From an uncultured Pirellulales bacterium (GTDB lineage: Bacteria > Planctomycetota > Phycisphaerae > Sedimentisphaerales > SM23-30), in assembly GCA_964401265.1 (NCBI GenBank), contig CAYNXW010000002.1, positions 1-35,987 on the forward strand: a stretch of 35,987 bases of DNA. Reading direction: 5' to 3'. Each line of letters opens with the position of its first letter. Position 1 is the first letter of the stretch. The notes under the pieces were generated by a model. The model was given only the letters and a program-made list of their open reading frames with translations. It had not been told where the DNA came from and did no database searches. Positions 28,601-32,734 of this stretch are shown here, one piece after another. The position numbers were made by a program, and so were the translations under genes.

Positions 28601-31539
28601 ACGGGACGGTGACGGTGGAAGGGCTTTCGGTTCACAATGAGGCGGACCGGGATTACTTCAGCTTTGTCGTGCCCGACGATAGTGACGGGACCGCGTCGAT
28701 TCGTGTGAAGCCTGTGACGACCACAAGCGGCCTGAACGCGGCGATCAGTGTGTTGGACAGCGAGGGCACGTTGGTGTCTTCGACAGACGCAGCGACGGTG
28801 GGTGAGACGGAAACGCTTCGGGTCAGTAGCGGCTTGGCAGCAGGGCAAACGTACTTTATCGACGTGAACGGTTGGGGCACCACAGGGGAGTACACCTTGA
28901 CGGTTCAGACGCCGGTGATGGCGGCGGCGCACGAGGCGACGCCAAGTGTGTCAGGCATGACCGAAGCGGACAGTGCCTGGGGGCTCACCAGTTACGGGTA
29001 TCTGCCGAGCACGCTGCCGGCGGCGATCAACGTGGTAGAAGAGGTGGGCAACCCGAACGATGACGACCTGTCGTTTGGCATGGTGGCGAGCGGTTCGAGT
29101 AGCACCGGTCAGGTCGTGTTGTTGAATACGGGCGCTTCGGACCTGGTGATTACGGATATGGCGACGGACAACGAGGCGTTTGCACTGCCGAGCAGTCTAA
29201 CAGATGCATTGCCTTTGACGATTGAGGCGAGCGGTTCGTACGTGTTGGATGTGAGCTTTAATCCGACGACGCAGCAGTTATATAGCGGTGCGAGCCTGAC
29301 CATTTCGAGCAACGACGAGGACACGCCCGAATACACGCTGGCGTTGAGCGGGACCGGAACGGTCAGCAGCGACAAGCCTGACATTGTCCTTTCGGATACG
29401 CAGGGTGTCGAGTTGTCGTCGTTGAGTTTTGAGGACACGGTTGTTGACGGCTCGAGCACGATGACGATTCGGATAGGCAACACCGGGGCGGCGTCGCTGG
29501 ACGTGACGTCGGCGTCGCTTTCGGGTGCCGGTGCGGATGCCTTCCAGGTGGTTCAGACGAACCTGGCGAACAAGTCTTCGGACAACTACGGCGTAGCGGC
29601 GGATGGCCAGCGGGCGATTCAGGTGAAGTTCCTGCCGACCGATACGGGCGCCTACAATGCGACGCTGACCTTGACCAGTAACGACCCGGATGAGTCGAGC
29701 GTTGTGATTCCTCTGACGGGTTCGGGGGCGGCTCCGGAGTTGGTGGTGGACCTGAACCCGGCGGACGGGACGGTAGCGAACGCTCTGAACCCCTCGGTGG
29801 TGTTTGGCGAACAGGTGGCCGACGGTGCAGGTGGTCAGCGTGGTGAGTATCCGATCAGTATCGTCAATACCGGTACGACGGCGCTGACGATCAGCGGGAT
29901 TGCTTTTGGTGAAGAGGCGGGCGCGTTCAGTATCATCGGCGATGGTGTCGACCTGGCGGGCTTTACAGTGGAGCCGGGTGAGAGCATCGGGGCGACGCTT
30001 GTGTTCGATCCGCAAGCGTTGCCTGAAGGGGCGGGCGCGGCGTGGGCAGTTGATGCCGCTGCGTATGGCGACACCATGACGGTCTACAGTGACGACTTTG
30101 ACAGTCCGGTGATGCGGTTCAGTCTGTCGGGCCAGGCGATCGAGCCGGTGGTCGTCAGCGTTGAAAGCACGGGCGAGTTCTACTATACCGAGCCCGACGG
30201 CGACGAAGTCCTGGTTACCTACAACGGCTCGGGTGCGGCGACGTTTACCTTCGATAGCGATGGGCTGGACTCGGCGACGCTGACCAGCGTGACTTTGACG
30301 GGCTCGGACGATCGGGGTCAATTGACTATTGTCGCATCGGACGGGAACGGCGACGGTGCGGTAGATGTTGGGGCCATTATGATCGAGGGCGACTTCGGCA
30401 CGATCAAGGTTGAAGGCGACGTAGCATCGATCGACGGGGACGGGTCCATCAGTAAAATCCTGGTAGAGGGTTCGCTGGGCGGCCTGGACGTGGCCGACGA
30501 GGTGCGTTCGCTGAGCGTTGACTCTCTCAGTGGTGAGGTGACGGCCGCTTCGTTCAACAATGTGACGGTTGAGGGCGACATCAGCGGGGCGACGATTACA
30601 GCTGACGACATGGAGGACCCGACGATTAACGTCTTGAAGGTTGGCGGGGCCGTGAGTGATACCTCCATCAGTGGTGCGATTAACCGGCTGCAGGTGACTG
30701 GGGCGGTCAGTGATACGAGCATCGATGCCGGCACCGAGGCTATTCGTACGGTGTTGCTGCGGGCCGGGGCGGACAGTCTGGACATTGAAGCGGGCTCGGT
30801 CAGTTCGCTCAAGGTGACGGGTGACCTGTTGGGTAGCAGCCTGTCGATTCGGGGGGAAGACGCACAACTGGGCAGCGTCCAGGTCAGTGGCGACGCCGAG
30901 ATCAATCTGGACAGCGAAGCGACAATTCGCAGCCTGAAGGTGGGCGGCGATTTGAGCGGCAGTATTGACGCGACCACCGCGAACGGTGCGATCAATCGTA
31001 TTGCGGCTGGGGGCGATATCAGTGCCAACATCAGGGCAGTATCGGCCATTCGGAACATTTCGGCCAAGGGCGACATTCTCAGTTCGGCAATCGAGGTGAC
31101 GGACGGCGAGGGTGCTGGTGTGCTGGGCAGTCTCAAGGCCGGCGGTAACGTGAATGTCGCCAATCTGGACGTTGAAGGTGTTATCAATCGCTTGAGTGCC
31201 GGTTCGCGTCGCAGCGGGGGCAATCTGTCGGGTGCGGTCAATGCCGACGATACTGTCGGGACGGTCAAGGTCTTTGGTGACATCTTTGCGGACCTGACCG
31301 CGGGCAACAGGCTGCGGGCGGTTACGGCGGGCGGTTCTCTGATGGGCGATGCGGACGTCACGTGCAGTGCGGGTGACATCGATCGCGTGCTGATCGGCGA
31401 ACGGATTTACGGGACGATCAGTGCCAATGACGGGCAGGGCAGTATCGGTCGGCTACGTTACGACGAAAACACGTTCTACAATCCTGATACCGAGCAGGTT
31501 GATCTGCCGCGGACGCATATCAATGCCCAGTGGCTCTAG
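13687..31539 (+). CDS. Giant secreted/surface repeat protein (~5,950 aa): LEPR-type N-terminus, ~34 CARDB-like modules, 1 internal Ig-like domain, 4 PPC (pre-peptidase C-terminal) domains, 3 Ig-like (choice-of-anchor-D/ASH-like) domains, C-terminal solenoid-like repeats
   Basis: A single open frame runs 13615..31539 (5,974 aa from GTG 13615). I prefer ATG 13687, which has GAGGA 7 nt upstream and gives MSLLRKLRRQVRRNNGHVERKRFALEQLEPRLMLNA. ATG 13621, with GGAG 5 nt upstream, is an alternative. Modules of ~120-135 aa end in acidic-x-NN motifs (ETNN/ESNN/EANN/EDNN/EQNN) and show the CARDB-like pattern WG....V...V.N.G...F.V..YLS.D......D..L........L..G.......L..P.....G.Y.L...VD....V.E..E.NN. The PPC domains carry AYEPNN/PYETNE...DVDYYRF motifs. 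Confidence 0.93.
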   Translation: MSLLRKLRRQVRRNNGHVERKRFALEQLEPRLMLNADLQVADLFIDPMNDHPYAWGDSAGVDMNVVVENTGDSLAAGTATLSFYLSDDATLDVGTDALLTGSLEISDLAAGGAYPAEADSAAFVSVSLPGPGEAGFSADGDKYLFAVVDSGDAIVENDETNNSAAVQLAVGTPWPVVGSDLVVDDAALPEEGTLKWGNTYTIWADVWNAGNRETETFTVDVVLSADGVYGNGDDVSVLAGGPLEVTGGLAAGAENEDTSEVQLVLPAWDGAAYVDGEYALFMVADSGQAVAEVYESNNVACGFVTIEQSPATSAGVDLATMFFEVEDLDEGPAELVWGQTYEGEFALMNGGDTGILEADADFTVSVVLSENMVYGDGSDVEVGSLTVTGALDSYGLLMEELDVTLPSSFVNPNYLVLTADRDGIYDDANEANNVWVVDLAEATFVGADADIAVQGMPGESMDLGWGQTYQLPVMLENQGNTIIGTSFDVNLVLSPDGTYEASPSDDQVVGTVTVTFGVDEEFDPGQWWDETVSVTLPAAGATYGSHTYGSQEDYWLFAVVDTSGIAGEDASNNVMGSQGKVLSASTLAGPQLFVSMVDMDNGSPDYMQGPLSYLWTTGSPYVGGFSAEVSNEGTDAVGTFDVTVRLSEDPYYDESDVVVASRTVNGLPGLGVDNTPMDLTIPAETAAGPYYLVTMVDSGNSGAGVIAEEEEGDNVAPMALSVHVGELLAGTELLGGRFDMFGAESATWGSVVNVDGEVRNAGDTASGGFTVSYYLSVDDVVDGGDELLGSGEVDGVGAGAQWFAGNTELTLPGPGTLADGTYNLIMAIDSGGAIAEADETNNTWSMPLAIGGGGGEEPDLEVQAVNWPVETVWDPGAVVTLDTTVGNVGAVGAGQFDVSVYLSTDDVPDGSDMLLATRTVTELAAGTPSNAPMEITIPADTVPGDYFLYVVADNTDAVAEGNETNNIWLSPLAIGVAPEPDLEVQDVTWPVETVWDPGAVVTLDTMVSNVGAAAAGQFDVSVYLSTDDVPDGSDVLLAARTVTELAAGTPSNAPMEITIPADTVPGDYFLYVVADDAGAVAEGNETNNIWLSPLAIGGGGGEPDLQVETVNWPVETVWDQDVSVTLETGVRNIGTGAAGEFDVRVYLSADDVADGSDVLLATRTVTELAAGLVSDGQMVVTIPTETVSGEYFLCVVADAGETVAESDEQNNAWTDVIAIDPQADLVAGQLQRQAMGPEGSSAVGWGESLDLMVEVANEGMLATGVEATVAFYLSADGTLDVGADVLLAETLTVVDLGPEGYFNAPVSLALPVTGADGDYYVFMVVDSDEAVVEGDESNNVGSLAVGIGTSEPAIGVDLQAQHVSLPGIPLRWGQSYPVHFGVNNGGNRGAGLFAIDVVLSSDKVYGNGDEVSILAGGVVTVAEGLMAGEWYDGTGTITLPGIAPDGDGSYGIFLVVDSGEAVVESFESNNTSMMVSDIVSELGVTPGEVDLQALDLFVDAWEGLVWGQTYAGQALIQNIGETDIAEVDADFAVSVVLSENEAYEAGSDLEVGSLTVSGALGSGGVLLADVSMTLPASFTNGNFLLLVADRDGVYDDPEVEGNNVAVLDVGPWGGIQEPMVDVTPLEADMPEDVPMQWGGSYIACADALNVGNTVVSADFDLALYLSPDEVLDGDDWLLTSDPGVITVTEDLEPGDEAWNDVLITLPTTSDATTGGHTFGAEGQDLYWLFVVADEGGAIAGEEVMNNAVGEPVWIVAGTELASPDLRLIDFELEMEGGDYGPEEDGQDLAFLWTKGVAYTGALDAIVYNEGTAAAESFEVTVRLSSDPFYDETDVVVGSRTVNGLGSLAFDDAEMDLTIPADTADGPYFLVTKVDSGAAVTEADESNNECWAVPVQVGELLSGVDLLGNELGIEGGNEVTWGDTNAVLFADVRNAGDEAIGPFTVQFYLSEDGVAEAGEELAGTEVQVDRLGAGEVLATDVMNFVPAGGTLANGTYNLIMVIDADGAIAELDEANNTFSMPLTIGGSEPDLQVETVNWPVETVWDQDVSVTLETGVRNFGAGAAGEFDVRVYLSEDDVADGSDVLLATRTVTELAAGLVSDGQMVVTIPTETASGEYFLCVVADAGETVAETDEQNNVWADKIAIDPQPDLAVMEMHVPMDHVIAGDMIHVEGRVANMSPVGVEAYEFAAVLSTDDVFDASDVVLGRLTDMIMPGEEKMHFLDVNVPGDVAEGAYYIGFVVDPDNLVEESDEANNSLFSMPVQVEAAIPDLMLGHFEVWGMPLSMGDMFTVANEIRNESDFDAGPFTVTFVLSADEVIDGSDMVLGERILGGLWPWGGDEQHNDLVIPNDGSVAPGEYFLGVIVDSQGEVVERNEENNVVSMPISIMPPDIDLIVAWFDPHMGGPLVWGDSFGVTADVRNDGPHEAPATEATIYLSGDGLLDGGDVVLTTLAIEPLGGGGLSPHDLMITLPGEAGAVVGEDYHLIMEVDSGAVAEETFEDNNVWVVPLGIETPVVDLVVPGPPPGEEPPMFEMLWGLDYELPLDAFNEGNGTVGPFTISMYLSENPTYEPGDMELASVVVDGLGPWQDSFNEAAVQLPGAGVLADGTYYLVMFADSGEVIEEGFEDNNMMSMPVNISEPNFVEGVDLQIKEFFFEMGENVGWGQSYEVVADVFNSGDTTAGVFEITIALSSDNTFDVASDTVIGVATVDGLASGGVSINDIMVTLPEEGVLPDGAYRVFMVIDGADVVEEVDELNNSVDFIINIGQSGADLALMDIFMPFDAAWGSEIVVDAWVENWGSLTVGSVDVAFYLSEDWVWDAEVDELLATTTLESLGGGEGVMTSATITLPESGEQNMLRVIGVVDPANTIEEFDEQFNNMLIRDVSLGERELSNLMAWPMIVFEPDAPNVDWGSTLTLDTMVDNMSPLEVEAFTVKYYLSQDEQVGTDDVVLGRSDVSGMMPFEHQSLMGVSLKLPNASPAEGVDTWHVLAKADSEDVIEEMDEMDNTGWAPLFIGSMPADLWGSMYIDFSDGGQVFWGDDVTLELQIENSGESDASGFEVAYYLSNDPELSDDDVMLGEPQLIELVEGMGNSGLLTHTLTLPVEPLDAGNMMAFIVAAIDYTDTVDEVDEWNNQMAMWFAGDVSASDLVAFKAEPLFEPGEFMAWWSDSVTTNAIDVAYEFANFGNEDAADFTVEFYLTNATWMDFGEPVAWDGTAVQTYLLGQETVALLVGETFDPAEPPVGEEGPFEPPMGENVYSGQMTLVLPQASDVPFVQAGNESGSYSLMMKVDGAETISEIFEDNNVTLSPLRLEMQHGEIDVTDGMNDPHDRMIDFGPVLMNEPLVSSFTVTNFGMGQLTLHDVASEWVNLDVWASDGQALPIVLGPEASVTFDVAFTANMQGHNEGWVTIYSDDPWRGPVDVQVWADAASAPIDLAVTGLEAAGVGGGLVEAGLHWGEPLDVTVEVSNLESGDTEGDVWLDLMLSENAEGTGMVFWLDGMAMPGVPGGGVTEQAVNVMLPEMSPFGYGGDLYVMAMVHPTGGEFEVDPFNNEGAALVNITSEAIGKPDLTFNWLGMPPEAAWGQPMDVALGLTNIGLADAPEFNVRYYLSTNDRLEPAADLLLGELGVAGLSAEGWMDKHFWFDLPEAGADGLHYLIAQIDADNTVEEEFEQNNVAIGRFEVTSGPSADLAAQSLNVPGEIVIGEPFTLELDVANYGDEGVANVRVEFFLADQSLPDLALGDSEPEQFLGMYIGSVMVPSLPASETGEPVRVSFDAMLPPGSLEPGDMSFVQAVVDADQMVVEMDEFNNLIASGNFTVSAGETDLAGEISETVGEAAWGENVPLALTVTNTGQIGAPPFFVDVLLSTDDVLDESDFYLTSQAIYGLGNTADGNSAELYFDLHLPEYVNTGDGDYYLMVKVDGADTVVETDEANNVVASPIVLAGTPDLSVYLEQAPFTSNFGQTISVIDQVDNYSMSAVGGAFEVSYYLSPSDVYDPASAVLVGSRTVSSLEGNGSSRATTSLTLAQGADWPAQGQFFLFAVVDEANEIDESFESGLGAGELQWNNVCWMPIEIVEEGMPDVTALPMTSLSDSAEWGEPVWVEYTIDNIGTADAEGFTGTFYLSDNLSITPRDFALGTVTLEGLDSQSSYQDAIELMLPAESPYGIDGEFYVGLLLDSDGQIIEINEKNNVTVTDGALTIGTVINVDLLAAYLDGPVFVTPGATLEFYNEVYNAGSIVSGAFDVDFYMTQGGVLDGGEVLLGSRTIESLGSGAFDAEMTALTLPESLSDAYGQMFTVVMAVNPAALADPATAATVEQYYDNNCLASMNSFEVVEPIMLDVSVADVSTVAEASWGEGVTVEFGLDVSDDLMGPVDVEFYLRDGGATWLLGGSTVGAGAGGSAETVALTLPASSPFGRDGSFEIVAVADPYNMLAEADEGNNSGAAALTVGSGKADLLPLGVSTAPKASAGDAIDVYNDVRNVGSQDAGGFDVYFYLTSGNTTIDTSTDRLLGMRQVMELGEDGVALPSGEVNWTITSLAIPSGLADGDYYLAMVVDKFDDVDEANEDNNVIFSESAIKVKTVTVEPDAYEPNNSQSSAKAVTLDEQGQAETLSATLHDSNDLDYYRFTTPANADGFARVELFADEMLNGAVLVYNSSGTLIGGADNDSAYGGDETFTTFALGGGRTYTVLVKALGESSGSYELALEVGLGTAGDPYETNETASDAYYLGKTGQTLWDASVHTGTDVDYYQFVVPATSTGLTTVSVETDPTLDAVLQLYDADNVLVASADNTGVGALESITFEGTIGADYYACVSAWAESVGGYRFGLAFEQALTSDAYEPNDDRDSAHHVGEGDLILTDPVIHNKTDVDYYRLTVPGQTSALEAVVFGAGGLDASLALYDAEGVLLRSVDRAGGNGEETLLFGDLRAGEDVYLAVSGVDTTTGRYGLEVAYGTEDVGDVAEPNNRTTSAYELGVIDGTVTVEGLSVHNEADRDYFSFVVPDDSDGTASIRVKPVTTTSGLNAAISVLDSEGTLVSSTDAATVGETETLRVSSGLAAGQTYFIDVNGWGTTGEYTLTVQTPVMAAAHEATPSVSGMTEADSAWGLTSYGYLPSTLPAAINVVEEVGNPNDDDLSFGMVASGSSSTGQVVLLNTGASDLVITDMATDNEAFALPSSLTDALPLTIEASGSYVLDVSFNPTTQQLYSGASLTISSNDEDTPEYTLALSGTGTVSSDKPDIVLSDTQGVELSSLSFEDTVVDGSSTMTIRIGNTGAASLDVTSASLSGAGADAFQVVQTNLANKSSDNYGVAADGQRAIQVKFLPTDTGAYNATLTLTSNDPDESSVVIPLTGSGAAPELVVDLNPADGTVANALNPSVVFGEQVADGAGGQRGEYPISIVNTGTTALTISGIAFGEEAGAFSIIGDGVDLAGFTVEPGESIGATLVFDPQALPEGAGAAWAVDAAAYGDTMTVYSDDFDSPVMRFSLSGQAIEPVVVSVESTGEFYYTEPDGDEVLVTYNGSGAATFTFDSDGLDSATLTSVTLTGSDDRGQLTIVASDGNGDGAVDVGAIMIEGDFGTIKVEGDVASIDGDGSISKILVEGSLGGLDVADEVRSLSVDSLSGEVTAASFNNVTVEGDISGATITADDMEDPTINVLKVGGAVSDTSISGAINRLQVTGAVSDTSIDAGTEAIRTVLLRAGADSLDIEAGSVSSLKVTGDLLGSSLSIRGEDAQLGSVQVSGDAEINLDSEATIRSLKVGGDLSGSIDATTANGAINRIAAGGDISANIRAVSAIRNISAKGDILSSAIEVTDGEGAGVLGSLKAGGNVNVANLDVEGVINRLSAGSRRSGGNLSGAVNADDTVGTVKVFGDIFADLTAGNRLRAVTAGGSLMGDADVTCSAGDIDRVLIGERIYGTISANDGQGSIGRLRYDENTFYNPDTEQVDLPRTHINAQWL
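16255..17352 (+). repeat. Three tandem in-frame copies of a 363-369-nt unit (CARDB modules 7-9, each beginning EPDL(E/Q)V)
   Basis: Unit starts are 16255, 16621 and 16990. My hand alignment of copy 1 against copy 2 gives about 38 mismatches in the first 360 nt (~89% identity), including a >60-nt identical run (ggagattacg...tggtggcgga). Copy 3 is more diverged. Confidence 0.9.
19765..20127 (+). repeat. Dispersed fourth copy of the same unit (module 16), near-identical to copy 3 at 16990-17352
   Basis: My hand alignment of 16990-17352 against 19765-20127 has no gaps and about 32 mismatches in 363 nt (~91% identity). The two copies lie 2.8 kb apart within the same ORF. Confidence 0.9.
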
Positions 31540-31628
31540 CGTGGGTCAGGTCCCGGGCGTGGTTGCCCTTTAGTGATGCCATGAGCAGCGGTTTGGGCAG
31601 GCATCTTGCGGGGACAAGGTGATAGCCT

Positions 31629-32669
31629 ATGGAGTGCATTTACGAGAGCCTGTCAACGTGTCCAACGATGCTCTTTACCGAGCTTGAAGCCTGGGAGCAG
31701 GAGCAGTTAAAGGCGTTGTGTCCTCGAAAATGCACGGTTCTGACGTCTCCGGATCGTTTGGAGGCGACAGGGGATGATGTTGTCACAAACGACGTGACGA
31801 TCTTGAGCCCGTTTGTTCACAGTCAAGTTGATATGGAGCAGCTGGCACGTATGCCGCAGCTCAAGCTCATCGCGACGCGGTCTACGGGTTTCGACCATAT
31901 TGATCTGGAGGAATGTCGCCGGCGGGGTATTCTGGTGGCCAATGTGCCTCATTATGGCGAAGATACCGTGGCTGAACATGCGTTTGGTATGTTGCTGGCG
32001 TTGACGCGTAAGATACACCGCTGTTATGAGCGGACAAGCCGAGGCGACTTTAGTCTGGAGGGCTTGCGTGGTATCGACCTGGCGGGCAAGACATTTGGCT
32101 CTCTGGGGGTTGGCGCGATAGGTTCGCGGGCCATGCGTATTGCGGGCGGATTCGGCATGAACCGCATCGCGTATGATCTTAATCCGGACGTTCTGCTCAG
32201 TGGGGCATTGGGGTTTCGGTATGTGGATTTTGAGACGTTGCTGGCCGAGTCCGATGTGTTGAGCTTGCACCTTCCGCTGACAGACAAGACCCATCATATT
32301 ATCGGACGTGAGGTTCTGGCCAAGGTCAAACGGGGAATGATCCTGGTGAACACAGCGCGGGGTGGGTTGATCGATACGGCGGCACTGATAGAGTCATTAA
32401 GGAGCGGGCATCTGGCGGGGGCGGCCTTGGATGTGCTCGAAGCCGAGGCCGTAATCAGCGAGGAAGCCGAGATTCTCAGCAGTCATTACGATGTCGATAC
32501 ATTGCGCAAGGTGATTCAGTCCAACGCGCTGTTGCGGTTGCCTAATGTGATCATCACGCCGCACAATGCCTTCAACTCACAGGAAGCCTGTCAGCGGATC
32601 ATCAGGACCACATTTGACAACATTCACGCCTGGTTAACGGGCGAGCCAATGAACATTGTCAATATGTAA
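31629..32669 (+). CDS. D-isomer-specific 2-hydroxyacid dehydrogenase family protein (D-lactate/phosphoglycerate dehydrogenase-like, NAD-dependent)
   Basis: NAD-binding motif: GSLGVGAIGSRAMRIAGGFGM. Catalytic region: LVNTARGGLID and VIITPHNAFNS (Arg/Glu/His triad context). AAGGTGA lies 6 nt upstream of ATG 31629. Homologues usually begin at the position of the internal Met at 31668 (MLFTELEAWE), so the start is uncertain. Confidence 0.88.
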   Translation: MECIYESLSTCPTMLFTELEAWEQEQLKALCPRKCTVLTSPDRLEATGDDVVTNDVTILSPFVHSQVDMEQLARMPQLKLIATRSTGFDHIDLEECRRRGILVANVPHYGEDTVAEHAFGMLLALTRKIHRCYERTSRGDFSLEGLRGIDLAGKTFGSLGVGAIGSRAMRIAGGFGMNRIAYDLNPDVLLSGALGFRYVDFETLLAESDVLSLHLPLTDKTHHIIGREVLAKVKRGMILVNTARGGLIDTAALIESLRSGHLAGAALDVLEAEAVISEEAEILSSHYDVDTLRKVIQSNALLRLPNVIITPHNAFNSQEACQRIIRTTFDNIHAWLTGEPMNIVNM

Positions 32670-32734
32670 CAGGTCCATGCTTGACGCAGGCAAAACGCAG
32701 GCGTCTGAGACGAGGGGGCACGTTGCGGGGCGTT

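Noticed and set aside
13817-31379. All minus-strand ORFs inside the giant gene, e.g. 17710..21132 (1,140 aa), 22336..24639 (767 aa), 29278..30867 (529 aa), 25021..26427 (468 aa), 14779..15855, 27997..28932 and 30318..31379
   Set aside because: They are antisense to a frame with clear modular protein structure. Their products are monotonous R/H/P/Q/T/L-rich strings or S/P/T-rich low-complexity strings. They stay open only because the sense strand avoids TTA, CTA and TCA codons.
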